64,000 nucleotides of DNA from Clostridia bacterium (GCA_022801925.1 JAAWTG010000012.1:1397-65396), one strand, 5' to 3'; positions 37,501-46,761 are shown, counted from the stretch's first letter. Numbers and translations are program-made. The notes: generated by a model from the letters alone, not told the origin.

Positions 37501-38297
37501 TGTTTCCCGACATATAACGTTTCGCGCGTTTTCTGATAGTCCTGCCAAACGCCGCGAATGGTATCGCTCGCAAGACCCTCTTTGATTTCCACCTCCGTCA
37601 GTTCAGTCATAAACGTAGTATGACGGCAATGATCCGACCAATAGGTATCAATCATACGGATTTCTGTCAGCGTCGGATTGCGTTTTTCCGTTTCTTTAAA
37701 ATAGTTTTGGCAGAATAGAATATCTTCATGGTCCATGGCAAGTCCAAGTTCTGTACGGCAGCCTTCAAGCGCAGCATCGTCCATGGCAATAAAGCCGTCA
37801 AGAACAGCAACATCTTCCGGCACTTCCGCCTCTTCACGCAAATTCTCTGCCGGTACAAGACTCGCTTCCCGCGCTTCCACAGGGTTAATCAAATATTGAC
37901 GGATTGCCGCAAATTCTTCTTCTGAAAGCGTTCCACACAAGGCAACAATTTTCGCATAACGAATATTGGGACGCGCTTCGCAGGTCAAAATCTGCATACA
38001 TTGTTCCGCGGAATCAGCACGCTGGTCAAACTGTCCCGGCAAAAATTCAATGCCGAATATCCGACTGTTTTCCAGTTCCGGCAATTGTTCATAACAGTTG
38101 TCAACCGGCGGCTCCGAAAAAACAGAATATACCGCCTGACGGTACTGCTCTTCACTTAAGCCTTCCACGTCATAGCGGTAAAAAATTCTAACATTTTCCA
38201 GTCCTTGAATCAACAGATTTTTCTTCAAATCTGCATAAATCCCCTGTGCTTCCACGTCAAATCCACTTTTTTTCTCCACATAGATTCGTCTTACCAT
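34599..38297 (-). CDS. purL: Phosphoribosylformylglycinamidine synthase, the large single-chain form.
   Basis: It is 1232 aa with an FGAM synthase domain followed by a C-terminal glutamine amidotransferase. An AGGAGG RBS lies 7 nt before the ATG. Confidence 0.9.
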   Translation of the reverse strand: MVRRIYVEKKSGFDVEAQGIYADLKKNLLIQGLENVRIFYRYDVEGLSEEQYRQAVYSVFSEPPVDNCYEQLPELENSRIFGIEFLPGQFDQRADSAEQCMQILTCEARPNIRYAKIVALCGTLSEEEFAAIRQYLINPVEAREASLVPAENLREEAEVPEDVAVLDGFIAMDDAALEGCRTELGLAMDHEDILFCQNYFKETEKRNPTLTEIRMIDTYWSDHCRHTTFMTELTEVEIKEGLASDTIRGVWQDYQKTRETLYVGKQKDLCLMDLATIAAKKLKREGKLQQLDESEEINACSIEIQVDVDGKTETWLLMFKNETHNHPTEIEPFGGAATCLGGAIRDPLSGRSYVYQAMRVTGCGDPRQKVKDTLSGKLPQRKISTVAASGYSSYGNQIGLATGQVEEIYHPGYVAKHMEIGAVVGAVPKDSVVRERPQPGDVVVLLGGRTGRDGCGGATGSSKAHTADSLDQCGAEVQKGNPPEERKIQRLFRKPEVTRRIKRCNDFGAGGVSVAIGELADGLHINLDKVPKKYEGLDGTELAISESQERMAVVVAKEDADYMVQQANLENIEATIVAKVTETPRLVMEWRSKTIVDISREFLNSNGAKKQMTAVVDSVKELDMNVKNDLYELMEDLSQCSQKGLIERFDSTIGAGTVLMPLGGKYQLTRPEVMAAKIPVLHGETDTASIMGFGFHPYLSASSPFHGAALAIVESVTKVVAGGGNYKTTYLTLQEYFEKLYQEPSRWGKPLAALLGAYLAQTKLGIAAIGGKDSMSGSFEDMDVPPTLVSFAIDAVRASKVVSPEWKDAGHKVWYLHTPSTADGLPDWDALKTNYDIIHRLIESGKALAVGTVRAGGIAGAVANMSLGNKIGFSQNNTFSKEWYVPYYGSFIVESAQPLDGFELLGETTPQPVITLGGKSYELDTLIAKWEAPLEPIFPTQADCEYQKMPEKAAYGQRTVIKPQGIAKPKVFIPVFPGTNCEYDSARAFEKEGARADIFVVRNSSAKEIEDSLQEMAKRIGQSQIIMVPGGFSAGDEPEGSGKFIAAAFRNPYVKDAVHELLKQRDGLMLGICNGFQALIKLGLVPYGEIRDLDETSPTLTFNTIGRHASSLIRTRVSSVKSPWFQFSEVGDEHTIAISHGEGRFICPSDLYCQLYENGQIATQYVDFDGNPTYDIYFNPNGSYEAVEGITSPDGRVLGKMGHSERKGANLYKNIDGNKEQPIFKAGVAYFK

Positions 38298-38345
38298 TTT
38301 TCTGCCTCCTATAGAATGAAACGCAATAAAAAAATTGCATTTACT

Positions 38346-39149
38346 TTAATTTGCCACAAAAAGAGTGCCTGTTTCCTTGCCGTCCAAAATATCATATAAG
38401 ATTTCAGGATGTTTTCCATTATTAATACAAGTATGTATTCCGGCACTTGTTGCAATTTTTGCTGCTGATAATTTTGTAATCATGCCGCCGGTTCCGTTTT
38501 TAGTACCTGCGCCGCTGGCGGTCTGTAAAATATTTTCATCAATATCTTTCACAATACGAATCATTTTGGCATGTTCATTTTTGCGTGGGTCGCTGTCAAA
38601 CAGACCGTCAATGTCGCTGAGCATAATTAATATATCAGCTTCCACCAGCGTTGCAACAATGGCAGAAAGCGTATCATTATCGCCGCAGTCCGTCTCCTCG
38701 GTAGAAACCGTATCATTTGCGTTCACAATGGGTAAAACGCCATAATCCAGCAGTGTCTGAAAGGTATTTCTTGCATTTTCTTTGCTTTTCGCCACATCAA
38801 TTGTGTCTTTTGTCAAAAGAATTTGGGCAACATTGTGACCATATTTATGAAACAACTGCCCATAATAATTCATTAATTCACATTGTCCCACCGCTGCCGC
38901 CGCTTGTCTGTCTTTTGTATCAGAAGGACGGTTCATCATTCCCAAAACACCGGCGCCAACGCCAATTGCGCCGGAGGATACCAATATAACCTCTCTGCCG
39001 GAATTTTTGATGTCCGAGATCACCTCCGCCAGTCGCTCAATACGCCGCAGGTTTAAACCGCCCGTACCATATGCCAACGTTGACGTGCCCACTTTTACAA
39101 CAATTCTTTTGGCTTGTTTGATAGTTTGGTAAATCACAAAAGCCCCCAC
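38346..39149 (-). CDS. proB: Glutamate 5-kinase, the short form without a PUA domain.
   Basis: ...KRIVVKVGTSTLAYGTGGLNL... is an amino-acid kinase fold. The start is uncertain: GTG at 39149 or GTG at 39137, the latter with GGTGGGGG upstream. No proA is present in the window. Confidence 0.8.
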   Translation of the reverse strand: MGAFVIYQTIKQAKRIVVKVGTSTLAYGTGGLNLRRIERLAEVISDIKNSGREVILVSSGAIGVGAGVLGMMNRPSDTKDRQAAAAVGQCELMNYYGQLFHKYGHNVAQILLTKDTIDVAKSKENARNTFQTLLDYGVLPIVNANDTVSTEETDCGDNDTLSAIVATLVEADILIMLSDIDGLFDSDPRKNEHAKMIRIVKDIDENILQTASGAGTKNGTGGMITKLSAAKIATSAGIHTCINNGKHPEILYDILDGKETGTLFVAN

Positions 39150-39152
39150 CTT

Positions 39153-39779
39153 TTATTTCTTTAATTTTTGTTTAATTTTTAGGACTGCTATTATAATCGG
39201 AATGGAAATCACCACTGCAAAAACTGCTTCAATACTGCCATTGATAAGACAAACGGAAGCAATCACACCGCCTGCCGCCGCAGGGTCAACCCCTTTATTC
39301 ATGGCAAATTCACCAACATAGAGCAAATAAATCATGCCCATCACGCCGCATGTATTGACAAGCGAGCCGACAGCAGCGCCTGTTCCCACTGCTAAATATT
39401 GATTGCGGTCACGGAAAATTCGATATCCATAGTAGGAAAGTATGCCAATCAAAATTCTGGGCAACACAGAGACCAATGGATTTATCAAGGCAAATGACAG
39501 TGCAGAAGGCGCCGTCATATTCTGAAAAATGCTAAATAATCCAAAAATCAGTCCTAAAATGCCGCCAACAATAGGGCCTTCCAAAATAGCGCCTATCACA
39601 ACTGGAATCTGCATGGTTGTTGCTTTGATGGTCGGAAGCTGAATAAACCCAAGCGGTGTTGTCCCCATCACAACGGTAATAGCCGAAAGTAACCCAATTG
39701 TTGCCAAACGCTGCGCTGAAAAGAAATGTTTTTGCTGTTTCATTGTTATTTTTGTCATCCCTTTCCTAGACACGTCCAC
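39153..39779 (-). CDS. Integral membrane protein. It may be an ECF-transporter S component (BioY-like P.T.Q...G...G pattern).
   Basis: Five or six TM helices. A segment GFIQLPTIKATTMQIPVVIGAILEGPIVGGILG resembles the substrate-binding loop of ECF S components. The true start is probably the internal ATG near 39758. Confidence 0.45.
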   Translation of the reverse strand: MDVSRKGMTKITMKQQKHFFSAQRLATIGLLSAITVVMGTTPLGFIQLPTIKATTMQIPVVIGAILEGPIVGGILGLIFGLFSIFQNMTAPSALSFALINPLVSVLPRILIGILSYYGYRIFRDRNQYLAVGTGAAVGSLVNTCGVMGMIYLLYVGEFAMNKGVDPAAAGGVIASVCLINGSIEAVFAVVISIPIIIAVLKIKQKLKK

Positions 39780-39785
39780 GCAGAT

Positions 39786-41219
39786 CTATTGTTTCATTTC
39801 CAATAGCAAGTTTTTCGCTGCTGCATATTGGTCGTCTATCACAACTTGTTTATCCTTACAAACATTTTCAAGACGAATCTGTGTGGTAACATCACAGACA
39901 CCGGTCTGCGGCAGTCCCATTTCAGCCTGAAATTGTTTTAAAGCATAAACGGTATTTCCGTTCCAAGACTTATCTTGATAATCTCCTGTATAATAACCAA
40001 GCAAATCCAAACGTTCTTTCACAGCTTTTATCTCTGGTTCTGTGCTTGCTGTACCGATTTCCTTTTTCCCTTCCAGCGGCGTACGCTCCGGATGCTGTTC
40101 ATAAGAAACCACTCTGTTTTCCACCACAATATCCGGCGTGATACCGACATGGTTCACTTCATTTTTATGTGGTGTTACATAGGTACCTACCGTTAATTTA
40201 ATACCGCCGCCATAGCGCAACGTTTGCGTAATTTGCATACTGCCCTTTCCAAAGGTTTTCATACCTATGATGGTTCCTGAATCTGTGTCTTGAATCGCAC
40301 CGGCAAACATTTCTGATGCGCTGGCACTGTTTTCATTGACCAAAACCGCCAATTGATATTTCTCTGGCGTTTCATTTACCACCGTATAGGTTTCGTTCAG
40401 TTCCGGATTGATAAATTCCAAATGCGTCACCGGTCCCGATGGGATAAACAGCGATGCCATCCGCATGACAACATCTGTTCCGCCCGGATTGTTGCGGATA
40501 TCAAAAATAATTTTATCTACTTTTGCTTCATCAAATTTTTTCAGCGCCTCTTGCAGCGCAGGATAAGACATTTCATTGAAGGAATTCAAAACAATTACGC
40601 CAATTCCATCTTCCATATGGCTATATAAATCCGGCGAATTGACAGGCGCTTTTGTCAAATCGAATTTCAGCAACTGCTCCCCCGCTGTCCCGAATCGTTT
40701 CACAACAAGTGAAACATTAGGGCGATCTGCTTTCAAAAGTGCTGTCACCTCGTCAAAGGTCTTTCCACTGATAAGCGTACCGTCTACTGCCCATAACATA
40801 TCACCCACCTGAATACCTGCTTTTTCTGCCGGAGAATCCGGAAAGATTTCGCTGGCAAAAAAATCTGAATAGGACAGTGTAACCCCCACGCCAATACCGC
40901 CATAGGAACCTTCGCTTGACTCGTTCCATTGCTGGTAGATTTCCGGTGCAAGGTAGGCGCTATAGGGGTCTAATATACTGGTCATACCGGTTACTGCGGC
41001 TTCAAACGTCGTATCGCCGGTTTGCGCCATATATTTTTTCGCTGCATTAATTAACTCTGTTTTTGTCACGCCGTAGCGGTAGTTTTCCGATATAAAATCC
41101 ACAACACTGTAAAAATAGGAATCTTGAATCTGCACATTGCGTGCAAATCCTTGCAGCGGAGCAAACAATAAAGCTGCCGCAAAAAAAGGTAAGATTCGTC
41201 TATATAATTTTGTTTTCAA
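39786..41219 (-). CDS. ctpA: S41-family C-terminal processing peptidase with a C-terminal peptidoglycan-binding domain.
   Basis: It has a signal peptide, a PDZ domain and an S41 catalytic region (FGKGSMQ). The C-terminus LKQFQAEMGLPQTGVCDVTT is a PG_binding_1-like repeat. It uses a TTG start. Confidence 0.8.
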   Translation of the reverse strand: MKTKLYRRILPFFAAALLFAPLQGFARNVQIQDSYFYSVVDFISENYRYGVTKTELINAAKKYMAQTGDTTFEAAVTGMTSILDPYSAYLAPEIYQQWNESSEGSYGGIGVGVTLSYSDFFASEIFPDSPAEKAGIQVGDMLWAVDGTLISGKTFDEVTALLKADRPNVSLVVKRFGTAGEQLLKFDLTKAPVNSPDLYSHMEDGIGVIVLNSFNEMSYPALQEALKKFDEAKVDKIIFDIRNNPGGTDVVMRMASLFIPSGPVTHLEFINPELNETYTVVNETPEKYQLAVLVNENSASASEMFAGAIQDTDSGTIIGMKTFGKGSMQITQTLRYGGGIKLTVGTYVTPHKNEVNHVGITPDIVVENRVVSYEQHPERTPLEGKKEIGTASTEPEIKAVKERLDLLGYYTGDYQDKSWNGNTVYALKQFQAEMGLPQTGVCDVTTQIRLENVCKDKQVVIDDQYAAAKNLLLEMKQ

Positions 41220-41259
41220 CGCAGCGTCATTCCTTTCTAATCATTTCCCAAAACTTTTT

Positions 41260-42480
41260 TTAATCAAAGACATGACAAGATTTTGCTGTCAGCAAATCCT
41301 TTTCATAGCGCATAATCGCTGATACTTGTATTGTTTTTCCATAATATTGACATAAATCAACGGCAGCAATCGCCATATCATCTTTTGTAATAGATACATT
41401 TTCTGTCAAAAAAACAGGTATGTAACCGGACGGCGTTTGTATCGCTGCCATCCGCATATCAGGGTCGTAATAATATAATGTCCCCTCCACTTGTATTTCC
41501 GTATTTACTAAAGATTTCGGTAATGCATTTTTCACTACGATAAACGAGACTTTAGCACTTTTGATATAATAAGAAATGGTTTCGCCCGCAGTCAGACACG
41601 CTGTAATTTGACGACCGCCTGCCCCCAGCACCGCAATATCTTCTGCCAATTGATTTTGTGTTTTGGACAGCGGTACTTCAATCACATCTTGTCCGCCACC
41701 GGAAGTCTCCACAACAATTTTCCGTATTGCTTCGTCCTGCAACACTTCTATGACGGTGCCCTCTCGTTTTTGATAGCCCAATGTTTCGATAAAATATGGC
41801 TCCATGCGCTCCAATGTATTCAAAAACCATTCACGCGATACCGGAAAATATAAGCCGAGTGACGTTTTTTCTTCCACAAGTCCCTGATTTATCAACGCCG
41901 CAAAATATGGCTTGTCCGCTGTCTGAATCCTGTTACCGTCCGAAAATCTGATCAGTTTCCCCAAATCTGATTCCGGTTGAATACCAAATAGCTTTGCCAT
42001 CCACAAATATACATCATACCGCATTGCCACCGTGTTGCGCGATAACGCATATGTAAAGAAATAGCCGTCAAACTGTTCTTTGGAAATCAAGCCACTTTGA
42101 TATGCATATAGATATAAACCATCGCTATTAGAGGCTGCATCACGTTCACCGAGACCCATTTCCGTTCGGTAAGCATTGTTTTCGCCCATTTGGTCGGCTT
42201 TATCACGTACGCCGGCGGCATAATACAGTATCCGCAGCACTTCATCTTCTGTCATATACTGCTGCAAATGTACTCGATTATCTGAAAACGTCATAAGCTG
42301 CAGCGCCGCCATAGTTTGCAGCCGGTTTACATTAGAAAACTGTGTCGGTACATCTGTAAATGTTGTCCGCATCAAAATTTCCTGTGCCATATCCGGCTGC
42401 GGCGTAAACATTTGCGCTGAAACAGCCGATACAGATAAACTCAAGATAACTGTGAGTAACAAACAAACTCTCTTTTGCAT
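41260..42480 (-). CDS. Secreted hypothetical protein of 406 aa.
   Basis: MQKRVCLLLTVILSLSVSAVSA is a signal peptide, and a GAGAGGA RBS is present. I recognised no family. Confidence 0.55.
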   Translation of the reverse strand: MQKRVCLLLTVILSLSVSAVSAQMFTPQPDMAQEILMRTTFTDVPTQFSNVNRLQTMAALQLMTFSDNRVHLQQYMTEDEVLRILYYAAGVRDKADQMGENNAYRTEMGLGERDAASNSDGLYLYAYQSGLISKEQFDGYFFTYALSRNTVAMRYDVYLWMAKLFGIQPESDLGKLIRFSDGNRIQTADKPYFAALINQGLVEEKTSLGLYFPVSREWFLNTLERMEPYFIETLGYQKREGTVIEVLQDEAIRKIVVETSGGGQDVIEVPLSKTQNQLAEDIAVLGAGGRQITACLTAGETISYYIKSAKVSFIVVKNALPKSLVNTEIQVEGTLYYYDPDMRMAAIQTPSGYIPVFLTENVSITKDDMAIAAVDLCQYYGKTIQVSAIMRYEKDLLTAKSCHVFD

Positions 42481-42495
42481 AGTCCTCTCAAACTC

Positions 42496-44196
42496 CTACA
42501 TTTTTTCCGGCGCGCTCACGCCTAAAATCTTCAGTGCGGAAGCGATAACGCCACGAGTCAAATCTATCAGTTTTAAACGCGCAAACATGAGCGGACGCTC
42601 CTCGCAGCGAACGCGGCACGCATTATAAAAACTGTGAAACAACGATGCCAAATCCATTGCATAGTGCGTCATACGCGTTGGGTCTGTTGTTTCCGCTGCT
42701 GTTACAATCTCCTCCGGGAAATAGGCTAATTTTTCAATCAACTCTTTTTCTGCCGGTTCCTGAAGCAAGGTCATATCAATTTGGTCATATGCCGGAAGTG
42801 TCACATGATCTTCCTCCTGCAATAAACGGAGAATACTGCAAATCCGTGCATAAGCATATTGGACATAGTAGACCGGATTTTCGTTGGTTTGTGTCAACGC
42901 CAATTCCAAATCAAAATCAAAATGACTGTCCGCTTGACGCAAATTGAAGAAAAACCGCGCCGCATCAATACCAATATCCTCAATCAATTCACCCAGCGTC
43001 ACCATTTCGCCGGTTCGTTTGCTCATGCGCACTACTTCATTGCCGTTCATCAAGCGTACTAACTGAATCGTGATGACCTGTAACCGTTCGGGGTCAATAC
43101 CCAGTGCCTGCATTGCGCCTTTCATACGCGCAATATGTCCATGATGGTCTGCTCCCCAAATATTAATTACTTTATCAAATCCACGCACAATAAATTTATT
43201 GCGATGATAGGCAATATCAACGGCAAAATAAGTTGGGATTCCGCTTTGACGAATTAAAACATCGTCTTTTTCCGAACCAAACTGTGAAGATTTAAACCAT
43301 ACAGCACCGCCTTCTTCATAGGCATAGCCGCTTTCCTTCAGCGCCGTAATGGTATCTTCCACTTCGCCTGATTCATATAAATTCGTTTCCGGAAACCAAA
43401 CGTCATAGTGAATGCGATACTTGCCAAGGTCTGTTTCAATCTTCTGAATGTTACGTTTTAAAACATATTCAATAAAGATTTTTTTGCGTTCTTCTTCCGG
43501 CATGTCCAAATGACCGGTACCGAATTCATCGATAAATGCTTCCATGTGCGTACGAATATCTTTCCCATGATAACCGTCCTCCGGAAACTCAATTGCATCA
43601 TCGCCTTTTAATATCTGAATATATCTTGCATTGAGGGATTTTCCCAATTTTTCAATTTGCGCACCGGCGTTGTTCAGATAAAACTCACGGGTCACGTCAT
43701 TCCCTGCCCATTTCAACACCTCCGCCAAACTGTCGCCCAGGGCGCCGCCGCGGGCGTTCCCCATATGCATCGGACCTGTCGGATTAGCGCTTACGAATTC
43801 CACCATGATTTTTTGTTTCTGTGCACAGGCACTTTTTCCGTAATCAGCGCCTTTACTGTTCATAGCGTCCATCGCATCATATAACCACTGACTTTTCAGA
43901 AAAACGTTCATGAATCCGGCGCCCGCTACTTCCATGTGGTCTATATAAGTATCGTTTGTATCTATTCTGGCAATTAATTCTTCTGCAATCGTGCGCGGCG
44001 GCTTTTTAGCTGCTTTTGCCATTTGCATCGCCAAATTCAATGCAAAGTCGCCATGTGCCTTTTCACGTGGTTTCTGTACTGTTATTTCCGGTAGTTTTAC
44101 ATCTGCCGGGAAGACGCCCTCGGCGACTGCACGCTCTAGCGCTTTTTGCATACACCCTGCAATTTGCTGTTTTATTTCATGAATCATGTTATCCAT
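42496..44196 (-). CDS. argS: Arginine-tRNA ligase.
   Basis: SANPTGPMHMGNARGGALGD is the class I HIGH region. It also has the DALR anticodon-binding C-terminus. The start is MDNMIHE at 44196 with AAAGGTGGGA upstream. The ORF-track GTG start at 44208 is inside the RBS. Confidence 0.9.
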   Translation of the reverse strand: MDNMIHEIKQQIAGCMQKALERAVAEGVFPADVKLPEITVQKPREKAHGDFALNLAMQMAKAAKKPPRTIAEELIARIDTNDTYIDHMEVAGAGFMNVFLKSQWLYDAMDAMNSKGADYGKSACAQKQKIMVEFVSANPTGPMHMGNARGGALGDSLAEVLKWAGNDVTREFYLNNAGAQIEKLGKSLNARYIQILKGDDAIEFPEDGYHGKDIRTHMEAFIDEFGTGHLDMPEEERKKIFIEYVLKRNIQKIETDLGKYRIHYDVWFPETNLYESGEVEDTITALKESGYAYEEGGAVWFKSSQFGSEKDDVLIRQSGIPTYFAVDIAYHRNKFIVRGFDKVINIWGADHHGHIARMKGAMQALGIDPERLQVITIQLVRLMNGNEVVRMSKRTGEMVTLGELIEDIGIDAARFFFNLRQADSHFDFDLELALTQTNENPVYYVQYAYARICSILRLLQEEDHVTLPAYDQIDMTLLQEPAEKELIEKLAYFPEEIVTAAETTDPTRMTHYAMDLASLFHSFYNACRVRCEERPLMFARLKLIDLTRGVIASALKILGVSAPEKM

Positions 44197-44647
44197 TTTC
44201 TGTCCCACCTTTATTTTTTTCTGTTATTTTAATATGAAATTGATGCCGGCTCGCCGGATTTCCGCCGAAACGTAAATGATACTCTATTTGAATATCTCCT
44301 TGCCCATTCTGCATGGAAATTTGCAGCGTATTGGTTGTCACATTTACTTCAAATGCGCCATACGGCGTATGATAGATTCCTGATGTGCATTGGTTTGGCT
44401 GAAAAACAAACTGCGTGTTGGAAGGACCAAAGCGCAGCATTGTCAAAAGGCCACCGTCGATTTTGAGCGTCGTAGTGCAGCCTGCAAAACCGGTAAGTTC
44501 ACTTTCCTGATAAGTTATGTATTGCTTTCCGTTTTTTTCTGTCAATGTACCTTCCGTCACCATCGAAATGGTGTCTTGTTCCCCATCACTGCTTGTCTGA
44601 ACACTATCAATTGAAATCAATATTTCTTTTTCCATATGTGAATTCAC
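44189..44647 (-). CDS. ywiB: DUF1934 (YwiB-like) protein.
   Basis: It is a 152-aa beta-rich protein. It sits immediately upstream of argS and overlaps it, the same arrangement as ywiB-argS in B. subtilis. Confidence 0.7.
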   Translation of the reverse strand: MNSHMEKEILISIDSVQTSSDGEQDTISMVTEGTLTEKNGKQYITYQESELTGFAGCTTTLKIDGGLLTMLRFGPSNTQFVFQPNQCTSGIYHTPYGAFEVNVTTNTLQISMQNGQGDIQIEYHLRFGGNPASRHQFHIKITEKNKGGTENG

Positions 44648-44684
44648 CTTTCAGATTTGTGAATGTCCAATCTATATTGTTATA

Positions 44685-44714
44685 CTTTGAGGACAAGCTG
44701 GCTTGTCCTCAAAG
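44685..44714. terminator. Hairpin between the SEDS gene and ywiB, a possible attenuator or partial terminator.
   Basis: ctttgaggacaagc-tg-gcttgtcctcaaag has perfect 14-bp arms. It starts 4 nt after the SEDS stop and has no strong U-tract. Confidence 0.4.
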
Positions 44715-44718
44715 ACGT

Positions 44719-45831
44719 TTATGCAAAATTCAGCGTTTTTCGCCTTATCCAAATGTTTGTGACTAATCCGATTGCTATCATGGACGTTAAAATAGAGGAA
44801 CCACCCGCACTGAAAAACGGCAACGGAATCCCTGTTACCGGCAGGATTCCCATACACATACCGACATTTTCAAACACTTGGAACAAAAACATCGCCGCAA
44901 CGCCGATACAAATATACCGACCATATTCGCTTTTGGCTTCCCGCGCAATATATATACAGCGGAAAATGATAAAAAACAGTAAACAAATTGCAACAACACA
45001 GCCGATAAATCCAAGTTCTTCTCCCGTCACAGCGAAAATAAAGTCTGTTTCCTTCGCTGGTAAAATATTGAGTTGTGTTTGCGGTCCCTGATACAGCCCT
45101 CTTCCTGTCAATTCTCCGGAGCCAATCGCAAGTTTGGACTGAAGCACTTGATAACCGGAGCCGGAAGGGTCATATTCCGGATTGAAAAATGTTAAGAATC
45201 GTCGTTTTTGATATGGCTTGAGTACAAAAAACCACGCAACAGGCGCAAATACTAAAAAACCGCCCGCCGCTATAGCAAAATAACGGTAATGCAGTCCCGC
45301 TATAAATACCATACAAATAAAAATGAAAATATAAACCATTGCCGTTCCATAATCCGGCTGCAAAAGAACCAACCCTATCAAAACGCCGGCATGAAGCAAC
45401 AATCCCAAAAATGGAAGCAATTTGTTCATATCATCATGCACTTTTTCCAAATGCTTGGCAAACGTTAAAATGAATCCAACTTTGACAAGTTCCGAAGGCT
45501 GCAACCCAACAGGTCCAATACGAATCCAGCTTCTTCCGCCAATCTCATCGCCCACACCTAAAATTAATACCACTGCCAACAGCATGATGTTAATAGCATA
45601 GATAAAAGTCCATTTGTGTCCAAAACTTTCATAATCCAATACCATAACAACAATCATGGCAATGACGCCGGCGACAAATGCACACCCCTGAATAATAGCC
45701 GTTCTGGTGCCTCCATCCAATGAACGCGTTGCGCTATAGACAACAACCAGCCCCAGAATAGCTGCAGCAAAAGCGGCTAACATAAACCATTTATCTATTG
45801 CCTTAAAGATTTTTTTTAACTCTTGAAACAT
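44719..45831 (-). CDS. SEDS-family peptidoglycan glycosyltransferase (FtsW/RodA/SpoVE).
   Basis: It is 370 aa with about 10 TM segments and conserved SEDS motifs (GDEIGG, PFFSAGGSS). An AGGGAG RBS is present. Confidence 0.85.
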   Translation of the reverse strand: MFQELKKIFKAIDKWFMLAAFAAAILGLVVVYSATRSLDGGTRTAIIQGCAFVAGVIAMIVVMVLDYESFGHKWTFIYAINIMLLAVVLILGVGDEIGGRSWIRIGPVGLQPSELVKVGFILTFAKHLEKVHDDMNKLLPFLGLLLHAGVLIGLVLLQPDYGTAMVYIFIFICMVFIAGLHYRYFAIAAGGFLVFAPVAWFFVLKPYQKRRFLTFFNPEYDPSGSGYQVLQSKLAIGSGELTGRGLYQGPQTQLNILPAKETDFIFAVTGEELGFIGCVVAICLLFFIIFRCIYIAREAKSEYGRYICIGVAAMFLFQVFENVGMCMGILPVTGIPLPFFSAGGSSILTSMIAIGLVTNIWIRRKTLNFA

Positions 45832-45971
45832 GTTGTAACTCCCTATTGATTCTTATGTAACTACGTTTTTTAAGCGAACTTTTCATAAAGTCTCACTATC
45901 TGATATTTCAATACAGGCACGTATAGACTCGCCTATACGTTATTATATCATAATTTTTGCGTAATTACAAG

Positions 45972-46003
45972 AAAAAAGCACGGTGAAAACTGTGCTTTTT
46001 TTT
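45972..46003. terminator. Bidirectional rho-independent terminator downstream of the M23 peptidase gene.
   Basis: aaaaaagcacggtgaaaactgtgctttttttt is a 6-bp stem flanked by an A-tract and a T-tract. Confidence 0.5.
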
Positions 46004-46047
46004 GTATATTTTTTTGTAATTTGAAAATTTTTAGCATCGCCGGCACA

Positions 46048-46761
46048 TTATGCTTTTAATATCTCTACAGGGTCAACCGGTTTTTCATCTTGATACAATT
46101 CAAAATGCAGATGCGGTTGTTGTTTGCTTTCAAACGCACCGCTATCGCCTACGCCACTGATAACATCACCTACTTTTACTTCACTGCCTACCTGTACCAT
46201 GTTATCCGTAGACAGATTGGTATATATACTACGCATAGAACCATGAGAAATTTCAATCACAATTCCTTTCAGCGGGTCGGTGTATACTTTTTCAACAGTA
46301 CCATCGGCAACCGCTTTCACCGGCGTCCCCTTTTCACAATTGATATCAATACCCGTATGCGTCCGCCAGTCCTCATAGGTTTTAGAATAGACTAATGCTT
46401 CTTGAGAGTGAGCAACCACAATTTCACCCTCCGCCGGCATGGAAAATTTCACAGACTGAGAATTTGCCGGCTTTGCCGCGCCGCTTTCCGTTTGTGTTTT
46501 TGCCGGTTTTACAGCCGGTTTTTCTGTTGGTTTTGCGGTCGGCGTTGGTACCACCTTTGCCGTTTCTTCCGGCAGAACAGGTGTTTTTGGTTCATTGACA
46601 ACACTTTGTGTCATTTGTCCGCCGTCATTTTGATTGGTATTGCTTTTCGTTGTAACGAAATAGGCTGTTAAAAATACTGCTACAATACAAAGGCTTAAGG
46701 CTATGTAGAAGCCTTTCTGCCCGCGTCGTGAATTGTTATTGTTTTTCATAAATTGCACCAC
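46048..46761 (-). CDS. M23-family peptidoglycan endopeptidase, membrane-anchored.
   Basis: An N-terminal TM segment, a Pro/Thr/Lys-rich linker and a LytM domain (HTGIDI...HLHFELY) are present. Confidence 0.85.
   Translation of the reverse strand: MVQFMKNNNNSRRGQKGFYIALSLCIVAVFLTAYFVTTKSNTNQNDGGQMTQSVVNEPKTPVLPEETAKVVPTPTAKPTEKPAVKPAKTQTESGAAKPANSQSVKFSMPAEGEIVVAHSQEALVYSKTYEDWRTHTGIDINCEKGTPVKAVADGTVEKVYTDPLKGIVIEISHGSMRSIYTNLSTDNMVQVGSEVKVGDVISGVGDSGAFESKQQPHLHFELYQDEKPVDPVEILKA

Noticed and set aside
38298-38345. A possible purine riboswitch upstream of purL.
   Set aside because: The 48-nt gap is too short, and only a weak 5-bp stem is present.
44648-44718. A possible T-box riboswitch upstream of ywiB-argS.
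   Set aside because: Only 71 nt are available. That is too short for a T-box of about 250 nt, and I did not recognise a specifier or T-box motif.
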